DNA from: Eledone cirrhosa
Lineage: Eukaryota
Assembly (NCBI GenBank): GCA_964016885.1
Contig: OZ024743.1
Location: 81,468,001-81,532,000, forward strand
DNA: 64,000 nt
Reading direction: 5' to 3'
Part shown: positions 14,933 through 27,300 of the stretch, piece by piece
Layout of the letters: each line of letters starts with the position of its first letter
How positions within the stretch are numbered: position 1 is the first letter of the stretch
Translations under genes and position numbers: made by a program
Notes under the pieces: generated by a model
The model's database searches: none
Told to the model about the DNA's origin: nothing
The model's input: the letters and a program-made list of their open reading frames with translations, nothing else

Positions 14933-16436
14933 TATTGGTGGCCTGACACAGAAAAATGTTGGCTAGTTATACAGTAAAATGCTGCAAGATAGCTTGCTGT
15001 TAGATAATGTGATTGAAAATTTGGATTTGATTCACGTGTGCTTATTTGCCAGCAGATTCGACAAAGGATCACCATGTCTTCCTCCTTACTTCTAAGGCAG
15101 ACACTATCAATGCCTCCCAGTAAAACGGAAACTATTATTAACGTATGCTGTTCTCTAGAATCTTGAGTCTTATCCTTACCAGCACCACCAATACCAGCGC
15201 TCCAACACCACTATCGTCACTACCACTCTTCAATCACTGTTAGATAAGAGGGGAGTAAAGAACTCCCAACGTTCATAATGGTTTCCATCTCCTTGGAGGC
15301 ATTCGAGATCTGCAAAGCAAGATCGACTTACTGATGACATTTTAATGGCACTCACAGATAGTTCTTTGCTCTTGAGAACTTTGGCAAGAATCCTTATTGC
15401 CGAGCTGAAATTCGGCAAATGTATTCAACAGATTTTTTTAACTAACATAAGACAGTCGTTACATGGGGAGAAAAAGCAACAGGGGAGATAACAACAACAA
15501 CAACGACAACGACTAAATAATTGATTTCTTCCATAGTAATCAGACTTTAGATTTATAAATGAAAAAGGAAATGTAATTGTGCGACATTCATCAAGGACTG
15601 TAGCAATGTAAAAAGCTGCCTAATTGTTGTGAAATGTTTGGCAGCTTAGAGTTTTCAGTTCAAATCCGCTTATTTTCTAAAGAAATATAAACAGCTCCCT
15701 TCACATTCTAAAAATCGCCCATAAAACTGTTGCTAGAATCCATTGAATAGTTAAGATATCACCGAAGTCTACATGTTTATGTCGTATTTCTTTGACTAAA
15801 TACTTTTTGTCGAAGACCCTACTTCTTGGAATTATAGGAACTAACCCCGAGTAACAGTCGATATTATCAGCAAAGATGGTGAATTGTCGAATGGTTAGAA
15901 CGCTGCAGAGAAGGATTTGCTGTATTTGTCCCGTCTCTCTGATCTCTGATATCAAATCCCTAAAAGAAACATCTTTACTTTTCATCTTTTTGCTGGCGAT
16001 AAATATAGTATGAGTCTCCAATAGTGGGATCAATACTTCAGTTCTATCTATTACTTACTTTCTCGTATTTCACAGTCCCTTTCTACCTCTCCTCTCTCTC
16101 TCCTTTATTCTGGAAGCAATCAGCTGTGTCCAGACTGGATGGATTCCTCTATACGAGTTCATCAAGTGACCACTGATTGTAATCTGTGATTGCTATCTGT
16201 GATTTGTACCAACTGTAAACACTCCTATTTGCAGCTACATAGCTTCGGCCATTTGAGAGACCAGCATCTTATTCATTTATATAAGCACATTCGACCTACC
16301 AACCAGTTTTACAGTACCATATCTACAAATACATTCACATGTAGTTTATTGCTAAATAGAATTTATAAAAATAATACGAGTTGTATTATATCGAGCGAAT
16401 TGAGTTTCTTTTGAATTCTGTGTTTTATATAGTTTT

Positions 16437-16437
16437 C

Positions 16438-16479
<42 letters not shown>

Positions 16480-16800
16480 CGAGGGGCTATGGCCCTTTAC
16501 TGCACCAGCTCTAGCAATACGTGCATTTAATCCAACCTTGTGCCATTCATCACTCATTAAAATATCTCCGAGACACTTGAACCCCTCTACAGTGTAACTC
16601 CACTCCTATGCCAAGTACACTGTGCAGGCCTGCTTGGGAGGTCCCGTGTCTCAGTCTTCGCACCACTGATTCTCATCCCTGTCGTCCAGCACTCGACAAC
16701 AAAACTCGTAATTGCATGTCGGACATCACCTGGCGAGTTAAGTAATATGTCCTCTGCAAATTACAGCCGACTGATCCTACACGTTGACACCACATCCAGC
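16437..16800 (-). mobile_element. Probable RTE-type LINE 3' fragment with (CAT)n tail
   Basis: GC-richer segment ending on the minus strand in a (CAT)n tail; coding remnants are too decayed for a firm call. Confidence 0.4.
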
Positions 16801-17607
16801 CCGGCTGCGCATGTCATGGGATTGATGACGTAGGGTAAATATGGGTATTGAAGAAATTCCAAACGACTAAGAATGTGGGGGGGGGGGGGACAGTTAGGAG
16901 TGATGAGAATATGAGAGGGTACTGATATAAGAGGAGACGTGAATGTAGGAGGTGCAATATCAGCTAATATCTAGGACGATAGGCCATTGTAGTAGCGGTA
17001 GAAGAGACAGAATGAGGACACATCACATCTGTAGGCCAGAGGCTGAGATGTTTTGGCAAGGGACTTCATACCAATCAGTTAGATGGTTCATATTTTTGTT
17101 GACTCATTTTGGGACAGCTGTAGACATGGCGGCAGTTAAGTCCTACATGTAGAAGTAATATCATATTTGTATTACAACGAAACAATTTTAAAAACGTTCC
17201 ATCTAATTCTATGCAGCTACAGTAATACAGCTTGACCTGAGAGGTCTCAATGTAATAATCTGTATGATAACATGATTAATCATAACAGTAAAATATGAGA
17301 TAGTCGTTGAATCAGAACTATAAAACATATATTACTACTAACAACCTTATTACAAAAACAGAATATAATTAGATAGGTTGTGTTTTCCGATCAGTTTTAA
17401 TCTGATGTGTAATGGAAATAATCTATATATTCTAATCAGTTCTCCTGTCATAATTTCTCCCTTTATTGCAATTTATATTATAATGGTTTATCAGAATTCT
17501 CTGTTTATGTAATATATCCTCTTACTATCATGGCGCTTAATATTTTGACAGAATTTTTTTACTCAGAATTTCGCACTCTTTCTCTCTTCCAGACAATATA
17601 TATATAT

Positions 17608-17760
17608 GAAGGCGTGTGGCTGATTGGTTAGCGAACTGGATTCACAATCGTGAGGTTGTCGGTTCGATTCCTGGACCGGGCGATGCGTTATGTCCTTCAG
17701 CAAGACACTTTATTTCATGTTGCTCCTTCTACCTGGAGTTGCGACCGATAAATAGTATTA
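17608..17760 (+). mobile_element. tRNA-derived SINE with CORE-like domain
   Basis: A-box TGGCTGATTGG, B-box GGTTCGATTCC, then gtccttcagcaagacactttatttcatgttgctcc. Confidence 0.85.
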
Positions 17761-17910
17761 GCAAATAGAAAGACCAACGGAAACATTGTTTCCTCGGTCC
17801 GATTTGACGAAAGTCGATCGACAAAAAAATATATATATATATGTGTGTATATGTGTGTGTATGAGCGTGTGTGTTTGCATTGCATACGTACATATATAAA
17901 CACATACATA

Positions 17911-17966
<56 letters not shown>

Positions 17967-18011
17967 GTGACGAAACATAAGTCAATTGCATGAACTCATA
18001 ATCCTTTATTT

Positions 18012-18067
18012 ACTGCTATATATATTTCGATGATAGCCATTGAATGGCTATGACCTCATCAAGCAGT
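18012..18067 (-). ncRNA. Hammerhead ribozyme with C3>U core change
   Basis: Minus strand: ACTGC TTGATGA GGTCATAGCCAT-tca-ATGGCTATCATC GAAA T-ATAT-A TA GCAGT. Its tail (17965-18010) has an inverted copy at 24250-24292, and both end in (TA)n. Confidence 0.7.
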
Positions 18068-18130
18068 TAGTCAGTTCTTAGATATACCAGCTCTGTGTTT
18101 ATGGTTCTTGGGACATATGTATATATATAT

Positions 18131-18312
18131 AGAAGTAGTAACACAACAGTTAGTTCACCATACCGAGAACAATTGTTTCACCTTATTGGATCTTCAGCTC
18201 GTACTGGTCATATGTTATGGTGAACTAACTGTTGTGTTACCACTTCTACCTAACTCGTCCCATGGACTGAGTGCTCTACCACTACGGATATTACCTTCCA
18301 GTATTCTACCTA
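18131..18312. mobile_element. Fold-back pLTR-like cassette with a hammerhead at 18164-18201 (-); same family as 41227-41396
   Basis: Arms AGAAGTAGTAACACAACAGTTAGTTCACCA / TGGTGAACTAACTGTTGTGTTACCACTTCT; ribozyme CGAG CTGAAGA TCCAATAAGGT GAAA C-AATT-G TT CTCG. Confidence 0.8.
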
Positions 18313-18322
18313 TCTCTCTCTG

Positions 18323-18357
<35 letters not shown>

Positions 18358-19149
18358 CTTCGTTTTCCCAATAATATATCGAGTTATTAACGCCCTCAGG
18401 TGAAGTGGTATCTTGTCTTTAAAGCGTAGAAACATCCTAGACCCCTAGTAGACAACTGATGAGGACAACTCCTCCCACCTGTTCTTGCTTTCTTCGTATT
18501 CCCACTGCATGTTAAGTTACCTTAAACAGCAACTACACAGCCATTTCTATTCTCCATATATATATATATATATATATATGTGTGTATATATATATATATA
18601 CACTGACGGAATGTAAAATCCAAACAGTCAAAGAAAATGAACCAAAAGAAAAGGTATTTGATATAGACGGAAAATCCTTGTATTTTGTAAATGTGAAGGG
18701 GTGACTTCTAATTAAAGATTCTATACCAGGATCTCTGTTGGAATGGAGGGATATGATGGGTTTGTTATATCTCAGGCCTAGCCAAGACTATCTCCCTCTA
18801 GGTCTGTGCACAGTGAGAGTACTGTGGTGCGGGTAGAATCGATCGATCGAAGTACTCGTCTGGCAGCAGTTTATTTATTGACCTCAAAAGACTTTCGCTG
18901 TAGAGCGCAGAGAGCCGTAATGAATATTACTTTCTAGCTGACGTTTTGGAAACCCTAAACATTCTCCTTCCGTGTTTGAAGCTGTGAACCATTAACACGA
19001 AGTGAAGTACAAAACATGTTTTGTACTTTATTTGTCCATTAAACATATTCTTTGTCTTTCAGTGATGACTCTATATTGGAAGAGGAATAGATTGGACATT
19101 AGTCGGGTTTCAGAATGGGTGGTTACGTTTCCTAGCAACGGTACAGCCT

Positions 19150-19400
19150 GTTCAGGAAATTAATAAGCAAGTGACTGAGCATTCTAAGACACACGTGACC
19201 ATAACTTAATTCTCAGGGAGATTCAACGTGACAGAATGTGTAGTAAGGCTTGCCCCCTTTTGGATTACAAGTACCTTGTATTGTAGTGCAATTGAATGAA
19301 TATTCCATAGATACGTCTACGACACTAAACGTAATTCTCAGGGAGATTCGGGGTGAAATAGTGTGTGACAAGGCCGGTCATCTAAATTACAGGTACACTC
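19150..19400 (-). mobile_element. Tandem ~135-bp units of the CORE-like SINE 3' region
   Basis: taattctcagggagattc...gtgtgacaagg occurs twice and matches 33005-33300. Confidence 0.55.
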
Positions 19401-20146
19401 TATCCGTCTGCCTAATTCCGTACCCGCAGATGGAATGGCTCTTCCAGCGCGTTCCCCTCACATCCTCCGGGAAAACACCTTCTCTATTCCGTCCTCCGGG
19501 GCAGCGGGGAAGCCTGCACATGGGCCCCTATTTGCTCATAATAGTGAAAGATGGGGAGATAGGAAAGACGGTGACAGTGACAGTGGGAGTTTGGTTCCTG
19601 GTGTATATAATGTATAACAGTATTTTACTAATTTTAGACTTTTCGCACAAAGACACCACACACACACACACACAACACACACACGCACTCCCACTCGCAC
19701 GCACTCCCACTCGCACGCATACATTTCACACATAAATCTCCTGTTGTTACGAGACTATAGCAAATGACACATGGCCAAGATGTCATTTGGAGAGATCGAA
19801 CCTTAGACCTAATCATTGCGATCAAACATATTGACCACTCTGTTATGCTGTGTTCACAATCTCCTACAAGCTACGACAGTATTACTATAAACATTAGGCA
19901 ACAACATATCGTCTCATTATATTCATGTATTGTAATTTCCTAATTTTGTTTATTTAGGTATATAACCGGTTTTATGTAGGCAAGATAATTACATTAAAAT
20001 TACAGTTATGTAAATACATATAAGTATGTTATTTATGTAAATATATGTAAGTATATTGTTGATGTAATTTCTATGCAAGCTTGTATGTATGCATATTAAT
20101 ATAAATTACACACATACACGTTCTTCTGTACACACACACACACACG

Positions 20147-20267
<121 letters not shown>

Positions 20268-20419
20268 CAGCTGGAGAATCTAATAATTTTATTTTACATT
20301 AAAAATTATTATATATAAAGAACATTACAAGAAATTCCATATTTATGAACGTAACCTACACAATTACTGACCCCCCCCCCTCTATTATTGCCATGCCTCC
20401 TATTATTTGGGCATCGAGA

Positions 20420-21090
20420 GTGACACCAAATCCTCCTCCTCTCTATGTCTATCACACAAACTCTACCCTCTCTATATCTACCACGACACCGCCACTCTTA
20501 TCCCACTCTCTATATCTACTACACGGTACTCTCTTCCAATCTCCCTCTCTATATCAATAAACATCAAACTCTCCCCATCTCTATATATGATATACAACAC
20601 ACTCTCCCAACCCCCTCTCTATATAAATTACCATCAACCTATCCCCCTCTCTATATCTACCATATAACACCCTCTCATTCCCTCTCACTCTATTCATTAC
20701 CACCAAACTCTCACCCTGTCTACATCAACCATACAACACTTTCTCCCAATCCCCCCTCTATATTAATTAACACCAAACTCTCCCCCTCTCTATATCTACT
20801 ATACAGTACTCTCTTCCAATCCCCTTCTCTATATGAATTTACCCCAAACTCTCCCTCTTTTATATCTACTATACGAAAATCTCTTCCAACCCCCCTCTCT
20901 ATATCATTTAAAGCCAAACTCTCCCCCTCTGTATATCTACTACACGGAGTTCTATTTCACTCCCCCTCTCTATATCAATAAACATTAATCTCTCCATCCC
21001 TCTCTATCTAATATACAACACACTCTCCCAACCTACTTCTCTATATCAATTACCACCAAACTCTCCCCCTCTCTATATCTATTACTCCCA
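20420..21090. repeat. Degenerate C/T-rich minisatellite (ACCAAACTCTCCCCCTCTCTATATCTAC... units)
   Basis: Recurring CCCCTCTCTATAT and CAAACTCTCCC motifs. Confidence 0.8.
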
Positions 21091-21213
21091 TCTTTCTCTA
21101 TATAACATGTACATAATTTGTAGCACGTATACAAAGGTGTGTTTTGATAGTTTGGGGAGAAAAATATAATTATTATATTTGAATATCGGCAGTCTTTATC
21201 TAATTTTTCCTTT

Positions 21214-21316
21214 CATGCTGATAGACTTTGTAAGGGACATGCTGATAGACTTTGTAAGGGACATGCTGATAGACTTTGTAAGGGACATGCTGATAGACTT
21301 TGTAAGGGACATGCTG
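21214..21316. repeat. Short perfect tandem repeat CATGCTGATAGACTTTGTAAGGGA (4 copies)
   Basis: Directly visible. Confidence 0.95.
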
Positions 21317-21374
21317 CCAATAAAAACACATGCACAGGTTGAATAGCATTTCAGTTTTTATTATTAATAAGATA

Positions 21375-21940
21375 ACAGGGCGATGGATTGGCAGTATCGG
21401 TAGAGAGTCGGACGCCATGCTTTGAAGCATAGAGTTACGTCCCTTTATGATCTGAGTTCAAATCCCGCCGAGGTTAACTTTGCCTTTCATCCTTACGGGG
21501 TCGATAAAATAAAGTATCAGTAATACACTGGTGAATTGCTGGCCTTGTGCCTAAAATAGAAACAATTATTAATAAGATAAACAGGGCGATGGATTGGCAG
21601 TATAGAAAGACCGTCGGACAAGACACTTTGCAGTGTAAAGTTACAGCCCTTTACATTCTGAGTTCAAATCCCACCGAGGTTAACTCTGCCTTTTATCCTT
21701 ACGGGTTCCATAAAATAAAGTAATAGTAATGCACTGGGATCGATATTATCGACTCTCCCCTAAAACTGTTGGCCTTGTGCTTAAATCAGAAACCATTATT
21801 AATCAGATCCACAGATTGGTGACTTGACAAAGTCATTGGAACATCGGACAACATGAATTGCGATATTCCTTTCGGCTCTTTAAGTTCTGTTGCCACCGAG
21901 ATCAACATATCACTTCAGCATTCCGGAGTTGATAAAATAA
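21375..21940 (+). mobile_element. Head-to-tail array of three Nin/Deu-domain tRNA SINEs
   Basis: Heads GGGCGATGGATTGGCAGTAT at about 21378 and 21583, plus an older copy at about 21812; the two younger copies have the B-box and all three have the Nin motif. Confidence 0.88.
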
Positions 21941-22128
21941 TATTTCTTCGGAGACAGATTAGTAAAATTTAATAAGCAGGGGAGTGGGGATCTGAGTGGA
22001 GAGTTGGAAAGAATCTGAACATTTTTTTAGATTGTTTCCAACCCTCCGCTCTTATTCCAACCTCCCACTCCACTCCACCCCACCTGCTTATTAAATTTTA
22101 CTAATCTATCTCCGGCGAAATTTTATTT
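21937..22128. mobile_element. MITE-like inverted repeat
   Basis: CGGAGACAGATTAGTAAAATTTAATAAGCAGG / CCTGCTTATTAAATTTTACTAATCTATCTCCG, with related TTCCAACC motifs to about 22406. Confidence 0.6.
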
Positions 22129-23151
22129 TAAGTGGTGGCATTCCTGCAATAATTAATTTTCTTTATACATTAAAAAAAATATTATACATGACAAAAATCA
22201 AATACCATATGTTATAAAATAAATAGTATGAGGTCTCAATATGTAAACTAAACAAATAATTTTGGTTTTTAAAAAAATCAGCGGAGACAACCTGGAAAAA
22301 TTACATATTTTCCAACCCACCCACACTCCTCTTATTCCAAATCCTCGGCATATTCCAACACCTAAACCCTCACTCCAGCCCCTCTATTATTTCGCACCCG
22401 GGAGTACATACATAATTTTAAAAAATGAGATTCGCTGCTTAATTAATCCATTGTTTTACGATCGTTTCAAAGGTGAAATAAACTATAATATTATCGATAT
22501 AGTTACTAGTCGATAGGAGATATGTAACTGCATAATATCAGCTTCGACAAAATATGGCCATCTCACCTATTACTTTCCGAAACATCTTTTTTTGATAAAC
22601 CGTACTCGTTTTTTTGTTGTTGTTTTTTTTCATAAAATGCCACGGATCCTTCTTTCGGAAGATAAACGGCCAAATGGAAGTGTTTTGTTGAGGCTAATAC
22701 TATGAAGTTACATAACTGCTGTCAATTAATCAATATATAGATAATATGGTTCTTTTTACACTTTGAAACGATCGTAATTGAGCAATAAATTTCGTCTTTT
22801 TTGTTTTCATTGTTCCCTCTATATCATTGTATGAACGGAGACCCGGTGGTACTTTTTGTCTTTGAGCAAAACGTTCCATTTCAGGCAGCTTATCATTGAA
22901 AAAGTTACGAGACTTCCGAAGTGATACAGCCTCAATGGAGGTCAGCAAAATATACATAGCTGTGAGCTGTAAATTTCCACTGTTCAACATTTATTTCTTA
23001 CTCTGCACTTCTTTGAATACTTAACAACATATAACAAGATAATACTTTTCCACAAAAACAGAATCCACTTTGCTTCGAGGAGATATTCATATCTACACCT
23101 CATTAAGTTTTAACAGTGTTATAAACCTTACCTTATTTGGGTAGAATATTA

Positions 23152-23189
<38 letters not shown>

Positions 23190-23457
23190 TGGGCGCACAG
23201 GCATGGGGATGTGTGTTTTTCCTGCCAGCGGCATATCAAATATATCGATCTTCATCTGAGGAAACCGTTCTCATAATCAACAGCAAATGCATGAAGGACA
23301 TCTCGATTGCATGGAGAACCGTAGAAATAATTATTATGATTAAACGATATATGTAACCTCAGCATCTTATTTTATTATTTTTATATATATATATATATTT
23401 CGTTTCTGAATTTGTTTAGCAAGATTCTTTATCTGAAAACGTACGTTGAAACCGATG

Positions 23458-23670
23458 TTGTTATACTTTGGGAGGGTCATGTTGCCAATAAGAAACACAC
23501 GCACCAGTTGCTTTCAGTCTAATTTATTATAAATTAAATTATATATTTAAAAATTTATAAAATTCCGGTTGGTTGGTTGGTTCCACAACCGGACGGTTGT
23601 TCATATATTGTCAAAGTTTTTCGTCACACATTCTGTGACGTCTTCAGTGACTGGGGATTCTTTTCTTATC
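23458..23670 (-). mobile_element. Solo 3' pLTR end of the large PLE family with an intact hammerhead (23610-23651)
   Basis: Direct repeat of 24352-24540; minus strand GTCA CTGAAGA C GTCACA-gaatg-TGTGAC GAAA AACT T TGAC. Confidence 0.85.
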
Positions 23671-23990
23671 GAGCCCTCTTTGGATTTTCGTCTTCAAATT
23701 TATTATTATTACTATATAAGCCACCCAGCTTATGCTGACCGGACAACCATGTTGCTTGTTTATTTTCCTATCTTCTGTTTGCTTTTATCCTTCTATGTTG
23801 TTTACTTGTACCCCTCGCTTTACGCGAATTACTGGTCCCAATAACTTTTTTTAGTTATTGCTCGCACCAGCCTTAGGTATCTGATTTTTAATGCGATGAC
23901 ATACCAATGATGGTTGGAAAATCACTGACGAAGGACTATTTTTATCATATGTAACCCATGTGCAACCACGCAGTATTCTTCTTTCTTCTC

Positions 23991-24063
<73 letters not shown>

Positions 24064-24064
24064 A

Positions 24065-24196
<132 letters not shown>

Positions 24197-24286
24197 TATA
24201 TATATATAGTAAGCAAAAAAAGTGTTGGTAAAATCCACTACTTCAGTATAAAGGATTATGAGTTCATACAATTGACTTATGTTTCG

Positions 24287-24351
<65 letters not shown>

Positions 24352-24353
<2 letters not shown>

Positions 24354-27300
24354 TTTATACTTTGGGAGGGTCTTGTTGCCAATAAGAAACACACGCACCA
24401 ATTTATTATAAATTTAAAAATTTATAAATTTCCGGTTGGTTGTTTGGTTGGTTCCACAGCCGGACGGTTGTTCATATATTGTCAAAGTTCTTTCGTCATA
24501 CATTCTGTGACCTCTTCACTGACTGGGGATTCTTTTCTTTGTTTTGTGGATCTCCTTTGTTCTGTCCTACGCCATCTTGTTTTTGTGTGTGTTGTGTGCT
24601 TAGTTTGCGCATGTGTTACATCCGGGTGTCTGCGTGTATTTTTATTTGTTTATTTGTTTGTTTATTTACATGTTACTGGTTGGTTGTTTGTTCTATGTGT
24701 GTGTGTTTTCATTTTGTCCTTAATTGTAAGTTGTGATGTTACTATTCCATTCATGTTTTCCATTTAATGTTGGTTGGAGTTCATTTATGTTTATTGCCTC
24801 TGTGATTTGTCTAAACATTGCGTCTTTTCTGTGTGTAGATTTTATTTTTATTTTTATGTTCTCTAATTTGCCCTTATGTTCTATTTTAGCATGTTGATGG
24901 AGTACTGATTACTCTTTTCTATCTTGAAGCTCTCGCCAGTGTTCATTTACTCGTTCTTTTATACTACGAGCTGTCTCACCTATGTACACTATATTCTTAT
25001 CTTTACATTGTCCTTCAGTACATCTTATGCTATATACTATGTTTCTAGTTTTACAGTTAATATGGGGGCTTAGTTTACAGATTATGCATTTCTTATCTAT
25101 ACAGGGGGGTCTTTGAAAAGGGTATGTATTACTAATAAGTGTTTTTATGGATTACCTGGTCTTTCTAATATCTTAATATTTAGTTTAATTTTATCTAGGG
25201 CTCTTCTAAATGTGTAATCTAATTCACCTCTAGGGGTTGTATTGATGAACATTACACTCTGGTATTTATTGCTATCATACTATGAGTTTATTCTATTAAC
25301 CTATTGCTTAGAACTGGGTTGTATGAATGTAACAAGGAGACATCGTTTGTGTGTATAATATTTAATCAACAATTTAACAGTATAGTTGACATGTCAATGA
25401 ATAAACGAAAGAATGAAGCAAAGTTAGTAGTTACCGTTTTGATTGCCAGGCAAACGCGGCTGCCAGAAGACGCCTGGCGGAGGCCAGGCGCCGGTAGGGC
25501 AAATGAGAGAGTGAGAACTTAAAGTTATTAGTTTTATAGGGTTCTGACCGGAAGTTACAGAAAGGGTTCTACTTCCCGTCTAGATGTTGTTTATCTATTG
25601 GGGTTGTGAGTCACAACAAGGGAGGCAACTGCTACATAACCTCCCGCCAGAATTTTAGAATATAAAAATCGAATGAAATATGTAGCAAGTTGGCGAGAAT
25701 GTTGTAACAGGCATGAAAATTACGACAAAAGAATGTTTGCAAAAATCAATGATAGATATCAAGGTAGCCAACCGCTCTTGGCCAGAGAACGACTGGACAT
25801 CTATTTATCCATCACCCAAAGATACAATGTAATAAAGTAAGAGAAGAGCTCAAAGTTCAAATGTACAAAATATAGTTCACAGGTGTGCAATCACATGACA
25901 GCAGGAAAGAAAGTGTGTTCCAGAGAATGAATGCAGGTGGTTTCTGTTCTGTGGTATATCGTGAAATTTCCAACCTCCGAATGGATTTTCTCACAGGAAG
26001 AGTGCTGCAAAAATAAATTCTCTGGCTTGTTCTGCTGGTTTTGGTTGTTGGTGAAGCTGTGTTGCTGTTGATGTTGTTGTCTCGCGGAGTGAGCGTATTC
26101 GGTGTTTAAATTCACAGTAAAAAAAAATTTTCAGAAAAAATGAGTTGCGCAAAGTGCTAGAAATAACAGCCGAAGTTGATGGTCGATATTGAGAATGCGT
26201 TGACCTGGAAGGGTCAAGAGGCCAGCGACCAAAGAAATAAGCATTCTGAATAAATGCGCAGTTTTCAACGGCAAATTTACGTGGTAAATTTTTAAACCGG
26301 CAAATAGGAGAATATAGCTTAAGGCTGAAAAATCCTTGGCGAGAAACGTTATCTCTGGCGTGCGGCTATCTCTGTGAGTCGAGATATCTCCGTGAGTTGA
26401 GAATTTGTGCTGCCTACACGTGCCAATACAAGGTTAAGTTAGGTTGAAAAAAATAATATTTCTAACGCGCGAGAAAATGAAAGTGCAACAGGTCGTTGGC
26501 AGCAATTTTGAAAAAAATGTGTGTGAAAGTGACAATGATGAAAAAGAAAGGCTTCACTTAGCATAATTATTGGTGTGAACTTTGAAAAAAAACTTGAACG
26601 ATGAAGAAAACGAAGAAAAAAAAAAAAGGCAATGGTTCATCGAAATAAATGTTCCTGTTGAAATGTTTTTTTTTTTAAATATCAAATTTCTTTTTTGTTT
26701 TTTTTTGTTTTGAAAGTGTTCGTTGTAAGAAACGAGAAACATATATATATATCGTGAAATGCGACAGTTAGTTGATGCGTGAGAGAAAAAGTCTGTCTGT
26801 GCGAAAATTTCACATGTGCGTTTCTTTGACTGCGTATTTTCATAGTTTGTCAATAAAATTTGCTGTGTATTCATAATGTTACTCACACCACACCAGATTC
26901 TGCTATTTTTTTCTTTTTTCGGGGTGACCACTTATAACAATGAACGGCTGCGTGTTCGTATCACGTCAGGGTTACCAATATAGCGAGGATACTGGGTTGT
27001 ATGAATGTAACAAGGAGACATCGTTTGTGTGTATAATATTTAATCAACAATTTAACAGTATAGTTGACATGTCAATGAATAAACGAAAGAATGAAGCAAA
27101 GTTAGTAGTTACCGTTTTGATTGCCAGGCAAACGCGGCTGGCAGAAGACGCCTGGCGGAGGTCAGGCGCCGGTAGGGCAAATGAGTGAGAACTTAAAGTT
27201 ATTAGTTTTATAGGGTTCTGACCGGAAGTTACAGAAAGGGTTCTACTTCCCGTCTAGATGTTGTTAATCTATTGGGGTTGTGAGTCACAACAAGGGGGGC

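Noticed and set aside
21375-21570. tRNA genes at the A/B boxes
   Set aside because: These are SINE heads with no cloverleaf, continuing into the Nin domain.
22730-22990. 86-aa ORF as a transposase remnant
   Set aside because: No diagnostic motif could be recognised with confidence.
24760-25130. Selenoprotein (Naiad-type) PLE with in-frame UGA
   Set aside because: The Cys positions read in the linker and GIY-YIG regions are TGT/TGC; the stops seen are TAG/TAA decay, and no SECIS was recognised.
26943-26977. tRNA-Trp gene
   Set aside because: Only the 3' portion with an encoded CCA is present; it is the LTR element's PBS.
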